This document shows positions 9,166 through 17,164 of a stretch of DNA of 21,724 nucleotides, piece by piece. Under the pieces are notes generated by a model. The model ran no database searches. It was not told the origin of the DNA and worked only from the letters and a program-made list of their open reading frames with translations. The translations under genes were made by a program, and so were the position numbers. Numbering within the stretch: position 1 is the stretch's first letter; every line of letters begins with the position of its first letter. The DNA lies in the UHGV virus genome UHGV-0132790, one strand, 5' to 3'. The stretch is from a virus.

Positions 9166-9462
9166 ATGGAACAAACAAGTTACAGCAAACTGTCACAGCG
9201 CGATATCGATCGCGCTGAAACGGATTTACTTATCAACCTGTCAGCTCTGACGCAAAGGGGACTGGCGAAGATGATTGGCTGTCATGAATCGAAGGTCAGT
9301 CGTACCGACTGGCGATACATCGCGGCGATTTTATGCGCGTTTCAGATGGCATCTGATATCAGTCCGATCAGCCGGGCTTTCCAGCATGCCATTAACGTTC
9401 ATGCAAATAAAAAACGTCCGGTTGGGGCCGGACGTTCTGAGCAAATCCTGATGAATATCTGA
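9166..9462 (+). CDS. cII: CII-like transcriptional activator (diverged from lambda cII)
   Basis: 98-aa protein in the cII position. C-terminal NKKRPVGAGRSEQILMNI resembles lambda cII NKKRPAATERSEQIQMEF; the N-terminal part is different. Confidence 0.65.
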   Translation: MEQTSYSKLSQRDIDRAETDLLINLSALTQRGLAKMIGCHESKVSRTDWRYIAAILCAFQMASDISPISRAFQHAINVHANKKRPVGAGRSEQILMNI

Positions 9463-9526
9463 TATTCAGGCAGGGCATGGAGCAATACACGGGAATAATT
9501 CTGCCACATCTGGAAGAATTTCGCCA

Positions 9527-9685
9527 GCAACAACACCAACCGCAGCAGCCTGAAGCCGATTGGGTTAACCCGGAGATACCGGGACCGTCTGTGAAGATGT
9601 GCAGTCACACCAATGTGCAGTCACACCAACCGCAGCAGCCTGAAGCCGATTGGGTTAACCCGGGAGATACCGGGACCGTCTGCGG
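9527..9685. repeat. Two direct copies of a roughly 60-bp element plus a tandem 16-bp duplication; candidate iterons or origin of replication
   Basis: CAACCGCAGCAGCCTGAAGCCGATTGGGTTAACCCGG(G)AGATACCGGGACCGTCTG occurs at about 9529-9591 and 9620-9682, with TGTGCAGTCACACCAA twice in tandem at about 9596-9627. Each copy contains the 10-bp palindrome GGGTTAACCC. A third, interrupted copy lies inside the initiator gene at 10381-10474. Confidence 0.5.
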
Positions 9686-9715
9686 TATGGAGTAAATCTT
9701 GTATGCGAGGGGACT

Positions 9716-10804
9716 ATGCGTAATTACGCAACAATTTCACCTCAGTTCTGGTTAGGCGAAACAGGGAGAAAACTAAGGAAGTCTGGTCCGGAATGTATGG
9801 TAGTGGCGTTGTATATGATGACCTCGCCTCATTCCAATATGCTGGGCCTTTATTACCTGCCTGTTTTGTACATTGCTCACGAAACCGGACTTGATCCTGA
9901 AGGGGCTTCTAAGGGGCTTCAAATGGCTTGCGAGGCTGGTTTTTGCAGCTATGACCATGATTCTGAGGTTGTATGGGTGCATGAAATGGCAGCATGGCAG
10001 GTTGGTGAATCGCTGAAACCTGGCGATAACCGTTGTGCTGGGGTAAGAAATGAATATTCCGTGTTGCTGGAAAATCCTTTTTTATCATCCTTTTATGATA
10101 GATATAAGGATGATTTCCACCTGGATGTCAGACGTGAATCATGTCGGAAAATTGAAGCCCCTTCAGAGCCTCTTTCAAGCCAAGAACAGGAACAGGAACA
10201 GGAACAAGAACAGGAAAGGGATAAAACCCTTCTGGTCCATGGCGAAAAAATCGCCACGGACCCGCAGGGGGATTTTTGTCCTGTTCTGACTGAACGTCCA
10301 GGACCAGCTGGCACGACACCGGAAGCAGATTCCGGGCGTTGTGTGCAGCAGGTGCTGATCGTCGAACCGGAGCAACAACGCCAACCGCAGCAGCCTGAAG
10401 CCGATTCCGCGATGAGCGGGAAGCCGATTGGGTTAACCCGGGCGATGCCGGGACCGTCTGCGGGACGAGTTGATTATCCTGACGTGTTCGAACGGGTCTG
10501 GCGTGAATATCCGCATCGGGCAGGGTCAAACCCGAAGAAATCCGCGTTCAATGCCTGGAGGGCCAGATTACGCGAAGGGGTGTCACCGGATGTCGTGCTG
10601 GATGGCGTGAGGCGTTACGCAAGATACCTGGAGGCTACCGGGAAAGCGGGAACTGAATTTGTTCAGCAGGCATCGACGTTTTTTGGCCCGAACAGGAATT
10701 TCGAAAATCCGTGGTCGCTGCCGAAGGCTGGCGCAGTCAGCCTGCGTTGCGTGAATCACATTTCTGAACCGGACACCGAAATTCCGCCGGGTTTCAGGGG
10801 GTAA
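9716..10804 (+). CDS. Phage replication initiation protein (O-equivalent, paired with a DnaC-type loader)
   Basis: 362-aa ORF directly upstream of the DnaC-like gene, occupying the lambda O position, with an internal copy of the upstream repeat. Contains an EQEQEQEQEQE tract. Family assignment is by position and general resemblance only. Confidence 0.7.
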   Translation: MRNYATISPQFWLGETGRKLRKSGPECMVVALYMMTSPHSNMLGLYYLPVLYIAHETGLDPEGASKGLQMACEAGFCSYDHDSEVVWVHEMAAWQVGESLKPGDNRCAGVRNEYSVLLENPFLSSFYDRYKDDFHLDVRRESCRKIEAPSEPLSSQEQEQEQEQEQERDKTLLVHGEKIATDPQGDFCPVLTERPGPAGTTPEADSGRCVQQVLIVEPEQQRQPQQPEADSAMSGKPIGLTRAMPGPSAGRVDYPDVFERVWREYPHRAGSNPKKSAFNAWRARLREGVSPDVVLDGVRRYARYLEATGKAGTEFVQQASTFFGPNRNFENPWSLPKAGAVSLRCVNHISEPDTEIPPGFRG

Positions 10805-10810
10805 TCAGCC

Positions 10811-11551
10811 ATGAAAAACATTTCGACAGGAGGGATTCTTGAACGGGTGCGCCGTCTGGCACCACCGCACGTGGCAGCACCGTTCCGGACGACCGACGAA
10901 TGGCGGGAATGGCAACTGGCTGAGGGCCGTAAGCGCAGCGAGGAAATTAACCGCCTGAATCATCAGGTGCGGGTTGAAAAAATCCTGAACCGTGCGGGCA
11001 TCCAGCCGCTTCACAGGAAGTGCTCATTCGGGAACTACCGGGTGCAGAACGACGGTCAGCGCCATGCTCTGAGCCAGGCGAAATCCATTGCCGATGAATT
11101 GATGACCGGGTGTACAAACTTCGTGTTCAGCGGGAATCCGGGAACCGGAAAAAATCATCTGGCGGCGGCTGTGGGTAATCGTCTGCTGAAGGCCGGTAAA
11201 TCCGTGATAGTGGTCACCGTGGCGGATGTGATGAGCGCGTTACATGCCAGCTATGACGACGGACTGTCAGGGGAAAAATTTTTGCGTGAACTGTGCGAAG
11301 TGGACCTCCTGGTTCTTGACGAAATTGGCATCCAGCGTGAGACGAAAAACGAGCAGGTGGTACTGCACCAGATTGTTGACCGCCGGACGGCATCACTGCG
11401 CAGTGTCGGGATGCTGACAAACCTGAATCATGCCGCAATGAGCACGCTTCTTGGTGAGAGGATTATGGACCGGATGACCATGAACGGTGGTCGTTGGGTG
11501 AATTTTAACTGGGAGAGCTGGCGGTCAAACGTTGGACGTCAGGGTATGTGA
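10811..11551 (+). CDS. DnaC-like helicase loader (AAA+ ATPase)
   Basis: 246-aa protein with Walker A GNPGTGKNHLAAA and Walker B LLVLDEIG. Strong full-length resemblance to E. coli DnaC (FSGKPGTGKNHLAAAI..., TGMLTNSN...LGERVMDRM...FNWDSYRS). Confidence 0.9.
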   Translation: MKNISTGGILERVRRLAPPHVAAPFRTTDEWREWQLAEGRKRSEEINRLNHQVRVEKILNRAGIQPLHRKCSFGNYRVQNDGQRHALSQAKSIADELMTGCTNFVFSGNPGTGKNHLAAAVGNRLLKAGKSVIVVTVADVMSALHASYDDGLSGEKFLRELCEVDLLVLDEIGIQRETKNEQVVLHQIVDRRTASLRSVGMLTNLNHAAMSTLLGERIMDRMTMNGGRWVNFNWESWRSNVGRQGM

Positions 11552-11576
11552 GAATTTTTGACGAGGTAAATTTTCG

Positions 11577-12347
11577 ATGGAAACCGTATTGCATGCACTG
11601 AAAGCGATGGGAAAAGCCAATTCTGTTGAACTGGCGGCGCGGCTTGATATCAGCCGTGAAGAAGTTCTCAACGAACTGTGGGAACTCAAAAAAAATGGCG
11701 TTGTTGATAAAACGGGTCACACCTGGTTTCTGGCTGTCGAAGGTGAAGCCGGGGTAACCGAAGGGCAGGCACTACAACCTGAAGCGCTGGATGTGGTAAC
11801 CGAAGAGGTTGCTCCAAAAGTTACCGCAGACATGATGATTGAGTTTATCGGTCAGGATGGTGCTAAAACGTGTGAGGAACTGGCGGGTAAGTTCGGTGTC
11901 AGTACTCGCAAGGTTGCTTCCACGCTGGCGGTGGTAACCGCAACGGGGCGGCTGGCACGCGTTAATCAGAACGGTAAATTTCGTTACTGCATGCCGGGGG
12001 GTAATTTACCAGCAGATCCGAAAACCGCGCCGGTAACGGAAAATGATGGTAAGGCCTTTCCTCAGCCAGCAGGTGCTGCGTTACCAGTCCGGGAAGCCGC
12101 AACACAGGAAGAAATTAAAACAGAAACTGTGGCGGACATTGTGCAGTCGTTGCCATCGTTTACCGAAACGCAAGCAGATGAGCTGATTTTTCCGTCCCTG
12201 CGCAGGGCAAACCTGGCGCTGCGCAGGGCGAAAAGTGATGTTCAGAAGTGGGAGCGAGTCTGCGCCGCGCTGCGGGAGCTGAATAAACACCGGGATATTT
12301 TCAGTTCGATTGCTGATATTCCGGTTCATTCACCGACAACAAAGTGA
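11577..12347 (+). CDS. Hypothetical phage protein (256 aa) with probable N-terminal winged-helix region
   Basis: ORF with ATG at 11577 and GAGGT upstream, in operon orientation after the replication genes. Confidence 0.55.
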   Translation: METVLHALKAMGKANSVELAARLDISREEVLNELWELKKNGVVDKTGHTWFLAVEGEAGVTEGQALQPEALDVVTEEVAPKVTADMMIEFIGQDGAKTCEELAGKFGVSTRKVASTLAVVTATGRLARVNQNGKFRYCMPGGNLPADPKTAPVTENDGKAFPQPAGAALPVREAATQEEIKTETVADIVQSLPSFTETQADELIFPSLRRANLALRRAKSDVQKWERVCAALRELNKHRDIFSSIADIPVHSPTTK

Positions 12348-12362
12348 TCTCCGGAGGTGCTT

Positions 12363-12794
12363 ATGACAAGAGCATTTACACCAGAAGAGCGGGAAAAAAT
12401 TAAGGGGCTGATCGTGGAATTCGTACGCCTTAACGGACGAGGCACGATTCGGCAGTTATCGGATGAAATTGGTGTCAGTCATGCGTCTGTCGGTCGTTTA
12501 TGCATGGAGCTGGCCGCCAGTGGTGATGTTTACAATTCCGGTTACGGAGTATTCCCGTCTGAACAGGCTCGTAAGGACTGGCAAAATGCCCGCAAAAAAC
12601 TCTCAAGGGCAAAGTCGAAGAAACCGGTTGTCGTTGATCCAGACCTTATCCGGGCATTACCAGATGGGGAAATACGGCGCTACGACAGACGCTACAACAC
12701 AATTTGTCGCGAGTGCCGTAACAGCGAAACGATGCAGCGTGTGCTGGCATTCTGGCGAGGGAGTGCAGAGGGATTGATGTTCTCCCCGTCGTGA
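12363..12794 (+). CDS. Hypothetical protein (144 aa)
   Basis: ATG at 12363 with GGAGG 5 nt upstream (the track's start is a GTG at 12357), immediately after the stop of the previous gene. Confidence 0.5.
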   Translation: MTRAFTPEEREKIKGLIVEFVRLNGRGTIRQLSDEIGVSHASVGRLCMELAASGDVYNSGYGVFPSEQARKDWQNARKKLSRAKSKKPVVVDPDLIRALPDGEIRRYDRRYNTICRECRNSETMQRVLAFWRGSAEGLMFSPS

Positions 12795-12826
12795 ATGACG
12801 GGGGCTTACGTGTTCAGAAAAGTGAT

Positions 12827-13501
12827 TCATATAGAGGCTGAATCTGATCTTTTTTGTTCACGTCTGGCTTCCACCATTGCAGGCAGAGTGAAGGCGTAGA
12901 CTAAAAACATTTCGGTAAAACTCAGGATCTGGCTTGCCTCAATTGGTGTGAAAACTTCATCTGTATGAACTGCTTTATTGGCATCAATTCGTACAATATG
13001 AGCCCATTCCTTCATCTGTTCAGTGATCAGGCCTTTTTTGTAAATCATCTGAATACGTTGCGACAGCGATTCTTTTCCTGCTTCATCGCCGAGCAGTTTT
13101 TTCGTGGAGATATCGAGGACTCTGCGACAAAGAATAACCACTGTGTCGTACCGCCTCCTCTGTAAATCCTCTTTTGCCTCAACAAAAGTACGGTCTGCAA
13201 CCGGGGGCGTATATTCTGGTGCGGTAATTTTTTTGACCACAGGATAGATCTTGCGGAAACGGTACTGGCTATTTCCTGAAATCAGAATATCGAGGTCTTT
13301 TTTCTGGCTTTCCGCCATGGGACCGTGATAGTGGTCTGATGGGATTTCAACAATAGCAACACCTCCTCGATGACAACTTCTGCATACAAAAGCGACGTTA
13401 AAAAAAGGTGTTTTTTCAATTTGTTTTTCGGCAAATGCCTCAATAACAGCTCGCTCTTTTAAACAGTGCGGGCATGTGATATCAAAGGAGACTAAACCCA
13501 T
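12827..13501 (-). CDS. Hypothetical protein (about 224 aa): N-terminal zinc ribbon (CPHC...CRSC) and a C-terminal region resembling DUF4145; candidate abortive-infection or defence protein
   Basis: Minus-strand ORF inside a plus-strand operon. ATG at 13501 (MGLVSFDITCPHC...) with GAGGAA upstream. The C-terminus KESLSQRIQMIYKKGLITEQMKEWAHIVRIDANKAVHTDEVFTPIEASQIL recalls the DUF4145 pattern from memory. Confidence 0.55.
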   Translation of the reverse strand: MGLVSFDITCPHCLKERAVIEAFAEKQIEKTPFFNVAFVCRSCHRGGVAIVEIPSDHYHGPMAESQKKDLDILISGNSQYRFRKIYPVVKKITAPEYTPPVADRTFVEAKEDLQRRRYDTVVILCRRVLDISTKKLLGDEAGKESLSQRIQMIYKKGLITEQMKEWAHIVRIDANKAVHTDEVFTPIEASQILSFTEMFLVYAFTLPAMVEARREQKRSDSASI

Positions 13502-13745
13502 GGATATTCCTCGCGAAATTAAAGAAATTAACGAAATCATTGAGGTTACTGATCGCCCCGAGTTTACCCTCATGCGTCGTTATGAAACAGGAACCGACGA
13601 ACAAAAATACATCATGGTTACAGCATTGGCTGTGATGGCGATAGAAAGGGAGCGAAGGGAAAAGGACGTAATGGTTATTCCTGAGAGAAATGATTCACCG
13701 GATTTGAGATGGCAGGAGCCGGAGTGGGATGTGGTAATCCGGTGA
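13500..13745 (+). CDS. Small hypothetical protein (81 aa)
   Basis: ATG at 13500 with AAGGAG 9 nt upstream. Its start codon shares the CATG at 13499-13502 with the divergent 12827-13501 gene. Confidence 0.35.
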   Translation: MDIPREIKEINEIIEVTDRPEFTLMRRYETGTDEQKYIMVTALAVMAIERERREKDVMVIPERNDSPDLRWQEPEWDVVIR

Positions 13746-13792
13746 TTGATATTTCTCTGGGGTAAAGCGCCGCCAGAATGACGGCGCGGTGG

Positions 13793-14098
13793 TTAAGCAT
13801 GAGGCGAAATTTCTGCCGGGCGGTATTTTGTTGAGAGATGAGATACGTCAACTTCTCTTTCCGCTTTTTCGAGGCTCCATGCCGTCTGGAGACGAATCCA
13901 TGAAGACGGAGTTCCACCCAGGACAGCAGCGAGACGAACAGCCATTTCAGGAGATATTGTCGCATTACCTGAAACCAGTCGCTGAACAGTGGAAGGCGCG
14001 ACATCAAGCGCTCTTGCCAGTTCCCTGATTCCAATATTCTGATCTTCCAGAATATCAGCAATAATTTCTCCGGGATGAGGGGGGTTAAACATCGCCAT
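13793..14098 (-). CDS. higA: HigA-type antitoxin (XRE-family HTH)
   Basis: 101-aa MAMFNPPHPGEIIADILEDQNIGIRELARALDVAPSTVQRLVSGNATISPEMAVRLAAVLGGTPSSWIRLQTAW... is typical of HigA/VapI antidote proteins. Lies downstream of the toxin with a 1-nt TAATG overlap. Confidence 0.8.
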   Translation of the reverse strand: MAMFNPPHPGEIIADILEDQNIGIRELARALDVAPSTVQRLVSGNATISPEMAVRLAAVLGGTPSSWIRLQTAWSLEKAEREVDVSHLSTKYRPAEISPHA

Positions 14099-14376
14099 TA
14101 GTGGTAATCCTCGTAGTTAAGAATATAAGCATCGCCGTTCCGAAACTCGAATGTGATTCTCCAGTTACCGGAGACGGTGACAGACCATGTATCGGATCTG
14201 TCCCCCTGCAACTGGTGCAGCCTGTACCCGGCAAGGTTAATATCATCAATGATTTCAGCTTGATCTATTACCTGAAGGCGCGTTCTCAGGCGTTTAACGT
14301 GATTGGGATTTATGCCTGATGCATTTCCTGTTTCAAAGAAACGTTGAAGTCCTTTGTGTTTCCAGCTTTTTATCAT
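14098..14376 (-). CDS. higB: HigB-type toxin (RelE/ParE superfamily)
   Basis: 92-aa MIKSWKHKGLQRFFETGNASGINPNHVKRLRTRLQVIDQAEIIDDINLAGYRLHQLQGDRSDTWSVTVSGNWRITFEFRNGDAYILNYEDYH. ATG at 14376 with AGGAAA upstream. Toxin-first gene order is characteristic of higBA. Confidence 0.8.
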   Translation of the reverse strand: MIKSWKHKGLQRFFETGNASGINPNHVKRLRTRLQVIDQAEIIDDINLAGYRLHQLQGDRSDTWSVTVSGNWRITFEFRNGDAYILNYEDYH

Positions 14377-14713
14377 GCTTGTTTCCTGTTGCGTTACGCG
14401 AATCATTATAGCGACTGTTGTGTAATGCGCAACGGTTGTTTGACAAAAATAGGTATCCGGGATTATATTCACCGCACGCCAGCAAAATCTGGCGTCGGGA
14501 TTGGCGTCCTGGATAGAGACCGCGACAGATACACGCCGCGAGCGTGTTTTTTATTGTCGTATGCACGCGCACATCTGAATTATGGTGGGCTGTGTGGGGG
14601 CGGAGAGATCCGCGCCGGTCGGTTTCCCGGTTACGCCAACCCTGCACAGTTCACCACCAGACGATTGGCGTCGTCGGTGGTGAGTTATTAAGAAACCACT
14701 CGAGGGCGTCATT

Positions 14714-15406
14714 ATGACAACTCAAATCTCTGTTGAAACTCTCTCCCCGATCACCCATAACCAGATTCCTGTTATTACCACCGAACTTTTGGCGCAGTTG
14801 TACGGTGCTGAAGTTAAGAACATTCAAAATAACTACGCCAGAAATGCTGAGCGCTTTATTGAAGGAAAGCATTTTTTCAAAGTGGCTGGCGATGCCCTGA
14901 AAAATTTGCGGGTAGCTTTAAACTACTCACAAAATTTGCAACCATCTTTAAGAGGGTTACAAATTTCCCCGAAAGCCCGCTCCCTCATCCTCTGGACAGA
15001 ACGAGGCGCAGCCCGTCACGCCAAAATGCTAGAAACCGATCAGGCGTGGGAAGTGTTCGAAAAACTGGAAGACTGCTATTTCAGCCAGGGAAAAACAGCA
15101 CCAACCGAACAGCAGCCGCAGATTCAGCCACAATTCACAGCCGAGGAAATCATCCTCCTTTGCTACATGCAACTCTGGATGGAAAAAGCCCAGGACCTTA
15201 GCAAGCAGCTGTACCCCATAATGAAAGAGCTGAACTCCTCATACACGAACAAGCTGTATGACATTGCGTTTGAGACTATCTACATGGTGACGAAGAACAG
15301 AGACGCGCTACTAAGGGAGGTAACACGTCTCGACATGTCAAGTTCCGTTATCCAGCGGGCCATGCCAATGCTGAAAAGCCTGCGGGCAAGACAATTTGAA
15401 TTCTGA
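14714..15406 (+). CDS. ORF6N-domain phage protein (Roi or antirepressor-like DNA-binding protein)
   Basis: N-terminal VITTELLAQLYGAEVKNIQNNYARNAERFIEGKHFFKV resembles the ORF6N domain consensus. 230 aa. Confidence 0.6.
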   Translation: MTTQISVETLSPITHNQIPVITTELLAQLYGAEVKNIQNNYARNAERFIEGKHFFKVAGDALKNLRVALNYSQNLQPSLRGLQISPKARSLILWTERGAARHAKMLETDQAWEVFEKLEDCYFSQGKTAPTEQQPQIQPQFTAEEIILLCYMQLWMEKAQDLSKQLYPIMKELNSSYTNKLYDIAFETIYMVTKNRDALLREVTRLDMSSSVIQRAMPMLKSLRARQFEF

Positions 15407-15410
15407 AACT

Positions 15411-15435
15411 AAAGGAGCTTCGGCTCCTTTTTTGT
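15411..15435 (+). terminator. Intrinsic terminator
   Basis: AGGAGC-TTCG-GCTCCT hairpin with a UUCG tetraloop, followed by TTTTTTG. Confidence 0.6.
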
Positions 15436-15460
15436 TGGGAAAATCCAGTGAGAGGGAATA

Positions 15461-15871
15461 ATGAACCAGACTATCTTCCTCCGAAGTAAGCAGCAGCAAC
15501 AATTCGCCATTAACGCCATCCTTGCAACAACTCTCGATAAAGACAAACCCGTTACGATCCGTATCACCGATTACAAGCGTAATCTCGCTCAAAATGCAAA
15601 ATTTCACGCGATGGTCGCTGATATATCCCGCCAGGTTAAGTGGTGCGGCAGGTGGCTAAAACCAGAACAGTGGAAAGTTTTGTTAATCAGCGGTCATGCC
15701 GTGGCGACAAAACAGGAAGCTGATGTTTTGCCAGGTCTTGAAGGTGAATACGTCAATATCCGCGAAAGCAGTGCGCAGATGAGCGTGAAGCGTATGGCAA
15801 GCCTGATTGAGTACACAACTTCCTGGGCTGTGGATCAGGGTGTCAGATTTACCGACAGGAGGTATGAATGA
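15461..15871 (+). CDS. ninB: NinB (Orf family recombination mediator)
   Basis: 136-aa protein with clear resemblance to lambda NinB (QQNAI...RNL.QN.K..A...D.SRQV.W.GRWL..E.WK). GGGAGGG SD. Confidence 0.85.
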   Translation: MNQTIFLRSKQQQQFAINAILATTLDKDKPVTIRITDYKRNLAQNAKFHAMVADISRQVKWCGRWLKPEQWKVLLISGHAVATKQEADVLPGLEGEYVNIRESSAQMSVKRMASLIEYTTSWAVDQGVRFTDRRYE

Positions 15872-16059
15872 GACGACAGCGACGAAGCATCACCGATATC
15901 GTCTGTGAAAACTGCAATTACCTTCCAACCAAACGCTCCCGAAATAAACCCAGGCCAGTCCCCAAAGAATCTGATGTTAAAACCTTCAACTATACGGCTC
16001 ACCTGTGGGATATCCGGTGGCTAAGGCGTCGAGCAAGATTTAATTGTCACTCCGGATAG
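15868..16059 (+). CDS. ninE: NinE-like small protein
   Basis: [57 protein letters not shown]... matches lambda/DLP12 NinE from memory. ATGA overlap with the ninB stop. Confidence 0.7.
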   Translation: MRRQRRSITDIVCENCNYLPTKRSRNKPRPVPKESDVKTFNYTAHLWDIRWLRRRARFNCHSG

Positions 16060-16079
16060 CCTACTGCATGAGGAATAAG

Positions 16080-16373
16080 ATGATGACAAACCTACGCAAA
16101 GAAGCGCGCGGCAGAGAATGCCAGGTACGGATTTATGGCGTATGCAATGGCAACCCTGAAACTACAGTTCTGGCGCATTACCGAATGGCTGGAATTTGCG
16201 GAACGGGAACAAAGCCAGATGATCTGTTGGCTGCATGGGCCTGTAGTGACTGCCATAATGAAATCGATCGCCGTACTCGCATTCTCGACAACAACGACGC
16301 CAGACTTTACCACCTGGAAGGCGTGATCAGGACGCTGGCGATATTGCTGAAGGAGGGGAAGATTAAGTCATGA
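16080..16373 (+). CDS. YbcO-like protein (DUF1364, putative nuclease)
   Basis: MMTNLRKEARGRECQVRIYGVCNGNPETTVLAHYRMAGICGTGTKPDDLLAAWACSDCHNEIDRR... resembles DLP12 YbcO. GAGGA lies 5 nt upstream of the ATG at 16080. Confidence 0.7.
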   Translation: MMTNLRKEARGRECQVRIYGVCNGNPETTVLAHYRMAGICGTGTKPDDLLAAWACSDCHNEIDRRTRILDNNDARLYHLEGVIRTLAILLKEGKIKS

Positions 16374-16732
16374 ATGAATATGAGTTTGTGCTTCCCTGGC
16401 CGCCGACGGTGAATACCTACTGGCGAAGACGGGGAAGCCAGTACTACATCAGCGATAAAGGCCAGAAATACCGAAAAGACGTACAGCAAATCATCCGGCA
16501 ACTCAGATTAGACATTTTCACTAAATCACGACTTCGCATCACAATTATTGCTGAACCACCAGATTCCCGCCGTCGCGACCTCGATAACATCCTGAAAGGT
16601 TTACTCGACTCTCTTATCCACGCCGGATTTGCGGAAGACGACGTGCAATTCGATGACATTCGCGTAATTCGCGGCGTGAAAGTGCCTGGCGGTAGAGTGG
16701 GGATAAAAATCACCGAACTGGAGAACATATGA
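16370..16732 (+). CDS. rusA: RusA Holliday-junction resolvase
   Basis: 120-aa protein with LPWPP...RRRDLDN...G...DD core matching RusA. ATGA overlap with the upstream gene. Confidence 0.9.
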   Translation: MNEYEFVLPWPPTVNTYWRRRGSQYYISDKGQKYRKDVQQIIRQLRLDIFTKSRLRITIIAEPPDSRRRDLDNILKGLLDSLIHAGFAEDDVQFDDIRVIRGVKVPGGRVGIKITELENI

Positions 16733-16929
16733 ACGCCACAATTCAAACAATACCGGAATTGCTTATCCAGGCACGAGGCAATATGACTGAAGTTTCACGA
16801 AAACTGAACTGTAATCGTGCTACGGTCAGAAAATATGTCGGTGATAAAGAAGGCAAACGGCACGCCGTCGTCAACGGTGTCCTTATGGTTCACCGTGGAT
16901 GGGATAAGGGGAAAGCTACTGATGCGTGA
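16729..16929 (+). CDS. ninH: NinH-like small DNA-binding protein
   Basis: 66-aa ...TIPELLIQARGNMTEVSRKLNCNRATVRKYVGDKEGKRHAVVNGVLMVHRGW matches lambda NinH (TIPDMLVEAYGNQTEVARRLKCSRGTVRKYVDDKDGKMHAIVNDVLMVHRGW). Confidence 0.8.
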   Translation: MNATIQTIPELLIQARGNMTEVSRKLNCNRATVRKYVGDKEGKRHAVVNGVLMVHRGWDKGKATDA

Positions 16930-17164
16930 TATTCAGCAGGTGCCTGAACGCATGGCTTTATTCAGGTCGTCTGGAAAAGCGCATGAGCAGCGTAATAGCG
17001 GAGTTCATGGCGAAGAGTATATGAACAGATTATTTGAATGCTATATGAGACTGAAGCACGGAGATCGCTATGACCTGACACGTGATGCTGACGGTTTCTA
17101 CTGCCGTGAAGTTGTGAAACGAATGTTTGAAGTGTGGTGTCATTGTAAAGGATGGGGGCTGTGA
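16922..17164 (+). CDS. Hypothetical protein (80 aa)
   Basis: ATG at 16922 overlaps the ninH stop. Its stop overlaps the start of the next gene (TGATG). Confidence 0.4.
   Translation: MRDIQQVPERMALFRSSGKAHEQRNSGVHGEEYMNRLFECYMRLKHGDRYDLTRDADGFYCREVVKRMFEVWCHCKGWGL

Noticed and set aside
9477-9695. 72-aa ORF between the cII-like gene and the replication initiator
   Set aside because: Its sequence is composed almost entirely of the 60-bp direct repeats and the tandem 16-bp duplication, and the SD is weak. More likely an origin or iteron region than a gene, though an expressed repeat-derived peptide cannot be excluded.
13675-14061. 128-aa minus-strand ORF overlapping higA in another frame
   Set aside because: Overlaps the well-supported higA antitoxin gene; no independent support.
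14344-14691. 115-aa plus-strand ORF across the higB promoter region
   Set aside because: Overlaps higB antisense and its upstream region; no SD; composition looks non-coding.
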